A stretch of DNA of 64,000 nucleotides from positions 1-64,000 of the forward strand of contig JAQGDQ010000797.1 of the NCBI GenBank assembly GCA_030141605.1, written 5' to 3'. Within the stretch, counting starts at the first letter, position 1; each line of letters opens with the position of its first letter. Of this stretch, positions 52,101 to 64,000 are shown piece after piece. Position numbers and translations under genes: made by a program. The DNA is from Tubiluchus corallicola. Its lineage: Eukaryota > Animalia > Priapulida. The notes below the pieces were generated by a model. The model was not told the DNA's origin. It worked only from the letters and a program-made list of their open reading frames with translations, and made no database searches.

Positions 52101-53581
52101 TTCAGCAATAAATTTCCAATTAAGTACTACTAAAACGTTTTTTGTGTGTTTGGTGGTTTCCTAGGACGGGGGGAGCGAAATACCTCTAAAAATAGGCATT
52201 GTTTGCTCATCCTCTGATTACCATGTAGAAAAGGCGTCTTCGTGGCGTCCTACGGACTGCGAGTCTTCAAAGAAAATCTATAGCTCCTGGAAAAGAAAAA
52301 ACCGGACTACACGATAATTGCAAATGCCTGTACTAGGATGAACGTCATTACAAGTTAATTTGGGGAAAAGTTTTTTCTGTTCATTGTATTGAACAGCTGA
52401 ATCTAATTTTTACTTGGCTCTAGCAAATTCAGCTTTAATAGCTTTGTTATCCTGTTGAAGATACTATTATCTTGCTTAATTGGTCGCATGTTTTAGGACC
52501 CTGACGGCCTATCAAAATTTAGGGCCCAAAGCTATAGCTTTATTAGCCTAATCATTAATCCGCTTCTGTAAAACTGTGCGTAAGTGAGTGGGTGAATGAG
52601 TGAGTGAGTGCGTGCGTGCGTGTGTGTGCATGTATGTGTGGGTATGGGTATGTGGGTGCGCGTGTGTGTGCGTGCATGCAAGTATCCCACAAAAGTTTCG
52701 CAAGTTTTTCTTTACATATTCGTCATTCTCAATTCAATTCAATACATTTATTTGTCTCATTGACCACATTACATTACAGTACATGCAATTATAATACAAT
52801 ATCTACGCAGAGACGGGGCGGCGAAAAACCAAACGCCCAAACCATTCTGGGTCCTCTTGTGGCTAAATATGAACTTTTAGTTTTTTATCACATTCAGGTT
52901 AGAGGATTCGCGGATTCAGTGTGTATGCATGTTGTGCCTATTACACAATTTACTACATTTTATTGCTAAATCTAATACGAGAAGAAGCTAGTTTAAGTCA
53001 AGTGAGACCACATTGTCGAGTTCGTGTATTCTGTAACTCTCATATACGGTTGTTTATGCGTATGTACGTGGAACCTATGTATATATGAATATGTGTATTT
53101 ATATATGTATCAGCTTTCGTGATTGTTTCGTGCACTGTGTTGCATTGTTAAGTCGCGTCGCTTTCACAGCTGCTTGCTGTTATTCAGCTGTTTTCATGAT
53201 TGTGCCTAACAGTGTTGCCTACCCTGACACATCTGCCATCTGATCGTTTTTGTTTGTAGTTTCATGGACTGTCTTTACAGTGTTATATGTTGTCTAAGTT
53301 TGGTCTTTCGGAAAACACTGGTAAAGCCTAGTGTTTGCCTCGAGTGATGTTACACACCTATACTTGTTTGCCCGATGTTGTGAAATTTCGCTACATTAAC
53401 ACGCAATAGGTTATATATATTATACTGCAAAACGCGTCACCTTTTTAACCATAACAAGTTTCACAGTTGAATGTGTTCTAGTTTTACAAAAACCTGTGAT
53501 TCCGAATATAAAACTACTTGGTTTATTCAAATTGCTAGAAGTTTTAGAGCCAGAATTGATGATACTTAAAAGCCGACCGAA

Positions 53582-54478
53582 ATGGAATCTTGGAATGGAA
53601 GTCAAACAGAATCACCCGCAAGAATTGATGGTTTGATAGTCGCAGTCGTTCACCTAACTGCAGTGTTTATAGAGCTGTCTAATCTGTTAGTTATTGTAGC
53701 GCTAGTGAAGTACAAACACATGGAAGAATGCAAAAATTGGCACATATGCAGTTTAGCAATTGCTGACTTCTTGACGGGAACACAAGCGCACGTTTTTATG
53801 TGGCAATTATCGAAGAATGACCAGTTAATGCCTAGACATGAGTGTTTACTGAGGATGTATTTTGTTCTTGCTTTTGCTTTTCAATCAATGACAATGTTGA
53901 TTATTGTCACAATAGATAGATTTGTTGCCATAAAATACCCTCTGCGATACGATCAAATATTCAATAAGCGGAAGACTCAACTGATTACGGCTGGTTCGTG
54001 GATGTGTTCACTTGGTTTAAGTACCTTAATTTACTATAAAGACAGACAGTCGATTCATTGCGCATTTGTGACTGTAGCCAGTTTGGAATTAAGAGTTTTG
54101 GTTTCAATACTCTTCTGCATAAGTGCAGCTGTATTAATTGCTGTAAATACTAGTATCGTGTTTATTGCTCGAAGACACATGCGTCAAATTGAACCAGACG
54201 CTCGGAGATCATACAAGCACAACTTAAAATCCGCCAAGGTGATCAGTCTGGTGGTTGGTACTTTCATCGTATGTGGTCTACCTTTCATTGTGCTTAACCT
54301 AATTATCATCAGTCAGCCCAGCGGTTTTATTTCAATAAATGCCTCTGCGTTTACCGTTGTTTTGCTGTACATTAATTCGTTTATGAACCCAATAATTTAC
54401 GCCTGGAGAAACCAGGAACTTCGTGTATCTTTCAAGAAACTTCTTCATTGGGAAAAATTAGAAGTCCTGTTCAGGTAA
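53582..54478 (+). CDS. Intronless class A (rhodopsin-like) GPCR, 298 aa
   Basis: TM1 ELSNLLVI, TM2 CSLAIAD, TM3 VTIDRF...YPLRY, TM4 W, post-TM5 ARRH, TM6 FIVCGLP, TM7 NSFMNPIIY, helix 8 LRVSF; N-terminal NGS sequon. Confidence 0.95.
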   Translation: MESWNGSQTESPARIDGLIVAVVHLTAVFIELSNLLVIVALVKYKHMEECKNWHICSLAIADFLTGTQAHVFMWQLSKNDQLMPRHECLLRMYFVLAFAFQSMTMLIIVTIDRFVAIKYPLRYDQIFNKRKTQLITAGSWMCSLGLSTLIYYKDRQSIHCAFVTVASLELRVLVSILFCISAAVLIAVNTSIVFIARRHMRQIEPDARRSYKHNLKSAKVISLVVGTFIVCGLPFIVLNLIIISQPSGFISINASAFTVVLLYINSFMNPIIYAWRNQELRVSFKKLLHWEKLEVLFR

Positions 54479-56274
54479 AATACCTATGATTAAGGAGTGC
54501 CATACAGGAGATAGGCTAATATTTTTACTGCAAACTTTCGCTCCATCTTTAATAACGATGGCAATAATCAGATCTAACAAACAAACAAACAAGCTGTTGT
54601 CCAACACTGACAGCAAATGAAGACTTGTGTCAATTTCTGGGACCTGGAAAAGGATCTGACAGCGTTCCCAGGCGTATCATTTTCCCCACAGTTGGACGGT
54701 TTTTATTTCCTATACATCTCACAGACCTTATTTGGGCTTTTCATACTGGGTCGTCTTATTTAGTCACCTTTCAGAATGTCCTTTCAGATCCCACCCCAAA
54801 CACAGTAGGCTTAAGGAAGAGTTATGGCACGTTCAGGCGTTGGGACCTCGCTTGCAACTTGCTGCGGAACTCCTCTCAGAAAGAAGTTGCGCTACAAGTT
54901 GCGAGAGAAGTCTCTACGTCTGAACAAGTCATAACGAAATAATATAGAATGTTTATGCAATTATTTATTATGAGTGATTTATTATTTGCCAAAAAAGATT
55001 TTGAGTTTTCGATAGTTTATTTTAGTTATTATTAGCCAATGATAAATTTAAGTTCGTGAATGAAAAAAAACAGAGATAATAAGTCTATGCAAAAGTAATA
55101 ATGTTGATAGTAATAAGTTAGCACCCAAGACATGGATAAGACTGAGCTCAAATTAACAGCTTTCATCGTTACTTAATTAATTATTGCCAATCTCAATTTC
55201 ATAATGTTTGGTTAATATTGGAATGAACCCACAGTTTCTGAATTCTTGAAACCAAACTTTGCCAAAAGAAAAGAAATGTGGAAGCCGTGGTTGAGCTTGG
55301 ATTTGAACCATACGCTTTGGTATCGAGTTCGGGCTTAGTTCTGATTTTTTTCGCGTTGCTCCATTTTCAATTTGACTAAAAAAAATTCAAATTTTTCCAG
55401 GAATATTCCTGTCTAAACCGATTCAAACTTTCAATTAACTGATAAGTTAGTTCGTACTGCCATCTTACCGCTAGTGCTAAAACTAATTACGATCTTTTCA
55501 CTTAACAAAGTACTGTTACAAAAATCACTAATCTATTCAGACAATATAACACATTTATGTGCTCACTGTGACTAGGTTTTATCAAAAAATTAACTTCATT
55601 ATCATCTTACAGATGGCAGCATGCCCAAAATGGTCAATCGACCAAAAGTCAAAATTGTCCTGTAGATGGTAGCACGTACTTGGTAAAGCTTTTCTTATTT
55701 AAAGGTCTGAAATTGTTTAAATTGCTGTCAAATTCGGGTGTTTGGAAATGTTTTTGCAAACACTCACATTATTTTGTAAAAATTAAAAATTATTCTACGT
55801 TTCTATTTACGCATATTTCTTCTCAATTCACCTTAAAACTTTCCTATATTTACCCAAATTACAACAATGTATTTGTCCTTCACATAATAATAATCTTTAT
55901 TCCTCTAATATTGATATTCTTGTATTTAAAAGTTTCTAGTGCCGAAAGCGACTGGATCGTATAGTACGCTAGATGCTAAATGATTGATTACAGTTGTAAT
56001 GACAGCTAGGAAATAATATAAGCCCTGTTCCATTTCTCAGCCATAAAATGGTTCATATGCAGCTCTAAAATTTAAAATCAATGTTGTGCACTATTGTTTG
56101 ATCTGTTTTTATGAATGAAAAATGGCGAAATGTAAGTTTCTGTGTTGACTTTTGTGCTTATAGTAGCTCGTTCATCGTTACCAGCGCATACTGCACAGTT
56201 ATGTTCAGTAACGCACTGGCACGCAGATGCAACCAAAATCCGATTGTATTATAGGTGTACGAGACTGTTGGCGT

Positions 56275-57032
56275 TAGTCCTCCCACAGCAAACGAGTTTT
56301 ACATTTTCAGGGCAATTTTCTTTATTTTCATGGCAAATAATTGTACAGTAAAATTTCCAAAATTAAGGTTGAATAGTAAAAAAATGCTTAAAATGTAAAA
56401 GAATAAAATTTGTAAGCTCGTGGGGGCTTCAAAGAATGCAAAAGTAAACTTACAATTTTATTTTTCTAAAAATTTCTGCCTGAAAAATGAAACTATAGGT
56501 AACATTCAGTCTTGCAAAAAGTTTTTCACAGTCTTTATTTTAACTTTAAATTTACATGTTTGCATTAAAAAGCACTTCCATGTCGGCGAGAAGGTAGCGA
56601 ATTGGCCTCACAATTGAGTGCCTCTCTTCATCTAAATATGGCCCTGAGTAGGCCTATAAGTGTTCTGTTTTAGACACTTTTGCATGCCTATGTCTTATAT
56701 AAGTACATAATTAGTTTAAACATAATTTATTATAGGATTGGATCAGACAGTTTGAACAACATGATTTAGGATCCTCACCACAACAGACTTTATACACTAT
56801 TTACAAAAACATTTACGGTAAGAATAGACTATAACTACACAAGCTGACAAGTTTTACTACAAGATTACATTAGACATTAGTAGAAAATGACGGCTAGAAA
56901 ATATTAATGTTAGAAATTATATACACGGCTGTCTGCACTTATTTAGAAATGATATTGGCTATGGCAAGTTAGAACATTTTTAGAGCAGATTCAATATGCC
57001 TTCTTTGCGAGATTTCCTTCCGTACGCCTATG
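56275..57032. mobile_element. hAT-like non-autonomous element fragments
   Basis: 56280-56520 is collinear with 63795-64000. CGTACGCCTATG at 57021-57032 nearly complements the CATAGACGTACG terminus at 63760. Confidence 0.5.
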
Positions 57033-58479
57033 AACTTCAGTTATGCAACTGCAGCCACCTTAAAAACACACAATTAACTGGATGACTTTGATCAGTAAAA
57101 TTTAGATGTTTTCGACTTCTGTCTTTTAGAGTTTTGTCTAATAATACGTGATAACCTGCATTTTGGTCATAACACTTTGGGTGTTAGCTAATAGACCTGC
57201 TGACGTAAAGAAGCTGCCACTATCATAATTACTTTTTTACAAACTTGAAAGTGAATCATGTCACCTCATGGTTTGGGGCTACTTTGTTCACATGTATAAA
57301 GTGGCTTGCTGGCCAAAATATCCTTACATAGACTTTGTTCACCTGTTAGGTTTTTAAAAAAATTAAGCAACACTAGCCAAACTATTGCTGCGTTGCAGTT
57401 CTGTTTCAGAAAAAAATACATGTGATACTGTAAAACTATTTAATTTTCACAGTTTGTGCACTGAAATGCCATTAAGGAGCAATACTGTTTCTAACAATAT
57501 TTATATTTTTATTTATCTAGTATTTATATTTACAGTTAGATGTCTGCTTTCATTTGATTTGCAACACAAATAGTTTTACTACATTGGAAACCGCTGCTCA
57601 GCGTTAATTCAGTCTTGTTTGTGCACAAAATCTGCAAAAATATGATTGAAAATTTTTTTGAATAAAGTCACATCAGATGATGTTCCTTATATGTGTACTT
57701 AACAGCTTGAAGCGATTGGCTTTTTTTGGTGTAGCATAACATCGAATCCGCTCTTTATTTAGAAGTAACGATTGAGACATAGGGAAAGATATACTAGCAA
57801 CGTTTTATGTACATTTCGATGAGCCATAAAATTATTCATTTTGTGTATGCATGTAGTTTATTTACTAAAACAAGTTACATGTATACACGAAGAACGAGGT
57901 AAATGCCACAATCGATACATTAGTGATTTCAGTCTAAATGTCACTTTACGTACATTTCCTACTCAAGGTTATAGCATTAAAAACAGTGTTATGCATACAA
58001 GGTACATCAGCATAAAAGTTGCAAAATTTCATAATATATTATATAACAATTAGTGTGCTCAAAGAAGTGAGTTAAATCAGCAAAGTTTACATTGTCGTAG
58101 CGGTTTCTAATGTTAGGGGGCATGTCTGTATAACGTGTTTCTCAGTTTGAATGTCCCCACAAGGACATACCTATTTTCCCTTGGCTGTCTCGCCCATCTA
58201 CCCGTTTCTATCCGCAGCCTATGTGACTAAAGACGCATTCTTGTGAAGCTTATCCGATAATGCTCAAATATTGTCGATTCAAAACGAGGTGTTTCGAGAC
58301 CGGGGTTCAATTCCAAGTAGGTTTAGATAGTAACTATGTAAAGAGCTTTTTAATATCAAGTTCTTTCACTTGCTGTCGGGAATAAAATAATGCCCAAAGA
58401 GCAAGCGTTGCACACATTACATTCGTTTTTTCACACCAACATACGCTAAAGTGTGAGAAGACAAACGTCCAGTTATAAT

Positions 58480-58512
58480 ACTCCTCCTCCTCCTCCTCCT
58501 CCTCCTCCTCCC
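58480..58512. repeat. (CCT)n microsatellite
   Basis: Visible repeat. Confidence 0.9.
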
Positions 58513-61500
58513 CGAGGAAACAATTGTTCTAAGTAGAGATGCTCTGGATAAAGTTGCCATGTCTTTCAATATCATCTAAAATATTTTTAGTACATTAGTA
58601 TTAAATTAAAAAATCGTTGTTCATCTTGTTTAAAAATAAATCGTAGATGCTTAGACTCGCTGTTGCTAAAAAATAATTCCTGAAAATTTCTTGATTTGAC
58701 ATCCATAAACAGGTTCTCCTATGAGGCCATAAAAGTTGTGTGGCACTGAAATGCAAACAAAAAATAGATAATAGAAACGGGAGAATGGAAACCTCACCAA
58801 AGAAGTTTACAGATCTGCGAACGGCAAGACTCTTTGACGTTTTATTTATTTTCTTATCTATAATTTATTGAACTGTAGTTTAGCCCCTAGAGAAGCCTCA
58901 CCGTTACAAGAATGTAAGAAAGCGCTGTTCCAGTGACATTATGGATATAAGAGTCTGTAAATACGTATACGCCGGAGATTACTTGACTAGAATGTGATTC
59001 TGAAACTTTATTTTCAGCACATCTGCGATCGAGAAAATAAAAAGGAAATATAAAGGTCCCAGAAAATGAGTGAATGCAGTGAAAATGTCCTTTTATATTC
59101 CTAACCAAAACATGTTAGAAAAAAGTTGAATAGCTTTGTAATTAAGCCAAATAGAAATGGGAATTTTGATCGCCATCCATATTCTGAGGCTCTAAGTTGT
59201 AGCTTGTTTAACTTTTTTTAATTGGCATTGTTACTGCCTTCAGTTGTTAGTTTAATATAAACTTAGGCTAGTATAAAATTAATTACTGATAGACAGTAAC
59301 AAAAGAGTTGACTAATTATTTTTAAATTAATTTCAAAATTATTAATCCACGGTAAAACGAAGTGACAATTATCACTAGCTTTTGAAACCAAATTAAAACA
59401 AAAAAGAAAGTGTGAAAGGTTATAACTGAGCCTGTATTTGAAACCCGTTTCACATTTACGTCACCAGACTACACAGTTATGATTATAGCACCTCTTAATT
59501 TAGTCCTGATAGTTCACCAATCAAATCTAGAAGTTTCAAATTTGTTTGTGCTGAACTAATCAGATTATTTTTTTCGCAATTAAGTTAAAAACAAAATTAT
59601 TAACAGGGCCGGGTTACCCTACAGGCTTGCCAGAAACTCATTTCCGAAGTAAGAAAATTATCATTTGCTCTGTGTAAATAACTATACGAAGTACTTAAAG
59701 AAAGAGTACATAATTACTTCTGTAGTTTTATTGTGCAAGTACGTATATAGGAAACCTGTCTTATCGTATCATTAACTGTGTAATTGTTTAATGAATAGGC
59801 CTGGTATAAAGTCCAAGGCAGGAAATAACTCGTTGGGAAAAACCTGGCGGCTGTGAAAGTTGACGGAGTAGTAATTTCTCCATGTTAAGAGGCAACGCTT
59901 TCTCTTAACTTAATATGTACTAACCGTAGTTAAAGAAAAATTAGTTTTTCCCCACGTATAACAGTCGGATTTATTTATGCAATAAAGACATAAGTGTGTT
60001 TGGAGTAAAGAATCCCATGATGATATATTGAATTGCTAATTTCGTGACGTTGACTAACACTATTTTGTTTTATTTACAAGTCATGTTGTGAATTTATTAG
60101 ATTGTTATGTTATGTCGTTATATATGAAGTGATAATGTAAATAAATACATCATGATGCTTTAACTCATTTGTTTACTGTTTTCATTTACAAATATATACA
60201 GGTGACATGACAATGGACATCAAACACTGATGAAATATCTTTCGAAACCAAACTTTAGATGAAACATTTAGTTTGATACATCGACTTTCCCACCTTTTCT
60301 GAACTAAACACGAAATAAGCGAGATCTTGGAACCAAGATAAATTCCCCGTTCTCGACCTGATGGGGGTTTTTGTTTTCGGCAAGGCTAGTATAGGCTACA
60401 AACCTCAAGCTTTGGTAACATTCGGTAAAAATGTGTGTTTTCACTACTGTTATGTTTGGTTTGCAATAAATAGTAAAATAGTGATATTTCTTATAGACTA
60501 TTCTTATTGACAAACGAAAAATATCTATTCTAGTTTAAGAATTTGCAATAAAGTTACTTTAAGCTAAAATATATAACGAGTAAAAATATTCAAGACTCCG
60601 TCTGAGAGGGATCCCATAATTTTGTTAGACTATGGGCCCCAAAAGGTCATAATATGGCCCTGGTTATTAATGATCACGATTAACTAATTGACTAATAATT
60701 GACTTCATGCTAATAATGGCTAGACTTAATTTCAAGATTAAATTGTAAGCTAATATTGAAATAAATCACCTCGTTATCAGTATTTTTTCACCTTTGGCTC
60801 TCCTTTAATTGATGATTGCTTATTTTAAACAATAATTGTGGATTGATTCCACAAGGAAAATTACCAATCAAAACACTGCAAACATTTTTTACACGTCTTT
60901 GGCCTTTAATGAGTGTTTTCTAGAATATTACACTGTCGGCAAACCGACCCGATGGCACCATTATCTAAGCGTTCCATTCTGCACCTTTGGTTCAGTGACT
61001 CACCCAAGGTGCCCTTGTGTGGTTTCACGTGACTAGCTGAATTGAATGTTTTAATTTATGTAAGTATCATCAGTTTACGTAGAAATACTATCAAAATGAA
61101 TATCAGGAAAAATAAAAGATGTAGAAAGGAGATGGCAGCTTACCAGTCTTTTAAGGTTCAAAATTTAAGAGAGACAAGGAGGTGCCAACACGTAACTCAG
61201 TCACCGTCAGAACTCCGAAATACAATAATAAACAATATTAAATAAAATTTATTTTTATATAGCTTCTTTTGGCTTTGGTAGACGTAACGTGACGGTTGTA
61301 CTTAAGACGCGTTGCTGTGGTACACTTAACATTTGACCTACAGCAACTGCGCGTGCGCACAACGAAACTGTAAAATGGCATATTACCTGGAGGTTGTGAA
61401 AATACACTTACAGTATTGTAAAAAATTGTGTATTTTTAAGAAATTATGGTAGACATGTTAAGAACAACTTCTTTCCTATTTTTAACTTTGGAGGAATATC

Positions 61501-63339
61501 TGATAGCATATGCTCTTTCCTCCCCCTCAGAATGACTCATATTATTTGTAATGTAACATTACAATATGTCAGTGATTATATGACTGTGAAATAAAACTCA
61601 AATTCCATAATAGAAACAAAATCTATTAAAATTCACAAGCACAATAAATTTAAAAAGATCAAATAAAAAGCGTGAAGCTGTTACATCTTGGTTCATCTCA
61701 AAAATCTGATTCTAATTCTCTCAGGAAGCCAGTTGGTTTGGCTGGGCATGCGTCCACGGCGCGCTTTCTAAACCAAATCATGATCACTCTGCACATATGG
61801 CTTCAAACAAGCTATTGGCAGCTCAGTGGAATCCCCTCTCACACTGCTTAGTGGAGGTGACAAGTACATGTGTAAATCCTTGCGTTTACATAACAGGAGC
61901 AAACTCATTCGTTGGGTGTTTGTTTGGACAACAGGTGGCAGTAACCGTAAAAACTCAATTGCGAATCGCTGAAATGCAACTAAAATCATGTAGCGTCATT
62001 GTAACTGTGTGTTGAACAATGTTTATTGTTACGTCACGTTACAGAGTTGCGTAAAACGCCACCTGTCTTGGACTCGCCAAATCATTTAAATCCTTGCGTT
62101 TGCTTAAGCGTCACAGTGTGAATATTAACAGTGAGTGAGTGTTTGACAAGTATGTTCTATTGTTACATGAACATTGCAATAAAACTTGAACCCGCAAGGA
62201 ATACGATTTTGATACGGTGTGCCTGATATTGAAGAGTTAAAGCAAGAAATTTCATAAGTGATTTTTGAGTTTAATACTTCACAGTTTATTGTGCAAAATA
62301 TTGTAAAATTCAGATATAACTGCTATTTTGGTGTAGTAACGATACTCTGTTTGGTGAATAAACATTCAACTTCATGAAATTAGATAGTAAAAGTGTAAAA
62401 AATTTCAAAACCAAGAACTTGGTAACTTTTGACGTTTCATTTTAACATTTATACAACAATTAATTCACCTCAGTTAAAAGTTTGGGACTTAAATTATGAT
62501 CTCATCATGTTGCGAAATTAAACAGGTGAAAACCTCATGCTTCAGTGAGAGTGTGCTCTTCACATACTATTGAACATGAAATGAAACGGTAAGAAATTGA
62601 TTAGTTCAATAATTCACTCTTTAATTGACTACCTGTACAGACTTTGTCATCGTCGCTCTACAAGCTGAGATCACTACTCGACGGAATAGGCTTATTGCAG
62701 ATAGTTGTGTCAGGTGCACTATAAAGTGAAATAAACTAGTGCATCTTAGAAGAGAAATGTCTAACTGCTGGACCAGCAAAGATATCTCTGCTATGTTTGG
62801 ATGTGTATACATATTCATCCTAAACAAATTATTAAATGAGTCTACTGAGACGTATGTCAGCTAATAGCGCCAAATAGCAATTTGCTGTCATTCACCCATT
62901 AATTCACTAACCAGGATCGATGTTGCTTGCCTTCATTTGCTAAGCATGTCACTGAGTTATTCTGCTCGTCTAATAATGCTCCTTGTTGTTGCAACGTTCT
63001 TAAGTAGAAAAAAGGAAAACTGCCAGAAAAAGTTTCGAGTACCAGCAGAAAAAAGTGAAGTAAAGTCTTGAATATAAATGTCTTGCACACCTGCCACTCT
63101 ACAAATTATAATAATATTTATGTTATATAACGTCTAAGTCTATAGACAGCACATCTGGCAATATTCAAAGACGCTTCACGAACATATCTGAAATCATCTT
63201 GGCGGACTTAAAAAAGGTTTACAAGATTAGAAGGTAATACTACTAAATTTCATAAAATATAAACAAATACATAAAAAAACAGATTTTCAAAATACAAGCA
63301 TATAATGACAAATCAAAATTTGATTACTTCAAAGATTGT

Positions 63340-63590
63340 ATACTATTTTAAATAAGTGTGTTTTAATCTCTATTTTAAAAATGTTAGTGTTCGAGAGTGC
63401 CCTGACGTGGATAGGCTGTTCCATAGAGTTGGGCCTGTAACAGCAAATGGCCTATCACGCATAGTGGAACAGCGCACTCTAGGATTTGAATTTATTGGAC
63501 GAATCATGTCACAAATGCAATCAGGTGACTCGCCATGAAGTACTTTAAATACAAGTAGTAGTATCTTAAATTTAACATAATGCTCGATCA
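63340..63590 (-). mobile_element. L2-clade LINE 3' fragment
   Basis: VKFKILLLVFKVLHGESP...DRPFAVTGPTLWNSL matches the L2/Crack ORF2 C-terminal pattern. Confidence 0.8.
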
Positions 63591-63759
63591 CATTATTGTT
63601 TCAGAATCTTGCAACCAACAAACTGTAAAAAATGAAGCTATAATATTTATGTTGAAACGGCTGTATCTAATATTGGTTTGAGTAAAGGGGTAACCACAGG
63701 AGAGTCCAAAGGTGAAGCAAGTCTATGTTGGGTCACATAATAAGGATCAGGGGGTAACA

Positions 63760-64000
63760 CATAGACGTACGAGGCGGAGGGGGGGGCGGTTGCCCTCCCA
63801 GAACAAATGAATTTTACATTTTCAGGGCAAAAACTCTATTTTTAGGGATAAGAAAAATGCTTAAAATGCACAAGAATAAATTTGTAAGTTCATAGCTTTA
63901 AAGAATGCAAAAGTAAACTAACGATTTCATTTTTCTAAAAATTTCTGCTAATTTTTGATCTTGAAAAATGAAAATATTCGTAAAGTTCAGTTTTGCAAAC
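63760..64000. mobile_element. hAT-like non-autonomous element, left end (runs off the window)
   Basis: CATAGACGTACG terminus, a G-rich subterminal block and homology to 56280-56520. Confidence 0.55.

Noticed and set aside
54625-54942. 105-aa ORF after the plus-strand GPCR
   Set aside because: Non-ATG start and no recognisable domain; probably 3' UTR or repeat sequence.
60227-60250. CTGATGA...CGAAAC hammerhead-like motif
   Set aside because: No properly closed stem II and no UH cleavage triplet or stem I.
61768-63000. Possible multi-exon minus-strand gene (ORFs at 61768, 62621, 62899)
   Set aside because: It needs weak splice sites (AAG acceptor, GC donor) and gives no recognisable domain.

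Overview
AT-rich, repeat-dense animal (invertebrate-looking) genomic DNA; the organism cannot be assigned from the sequence. Supported genes: (1) one isolated 144-bp phase-1/phase-1 exon encoding a laminin EGF-like (LE) domain of laminin beta type (16406-16549, +), with no other laminin exon recognised in the window; (2) a large terminal exon (41633-42259, +) for a probably secreted protein built from 37-38-aa repeats (five HGPPTSGFGIK-type cores, with G-K/G-R/KR/GRR sites), which looks like an unrecognised multi-copy peptide precursor; (3) two intronless, divergently oriented, apparently paralogous class A GPCRs (47715-48719 -, 53582-54478 +) 5-12 kb downstream of it. The rest is transposon debris: hAT, piggyBac, PIF/Harbinger, pogo and Kolobok-like MITEs (several with intact TSDs), LINE 3' ends, a tRNA-derived SINE, microsatellites and a 49-bp minisatellite with a 98-bp higher-order period. 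Three fold-back loci carry minimal hammerhead-ribozyme motifs of Penelope-element type. Coordinates were read by eye and repeat boundaries are approximate; no database searches were run.
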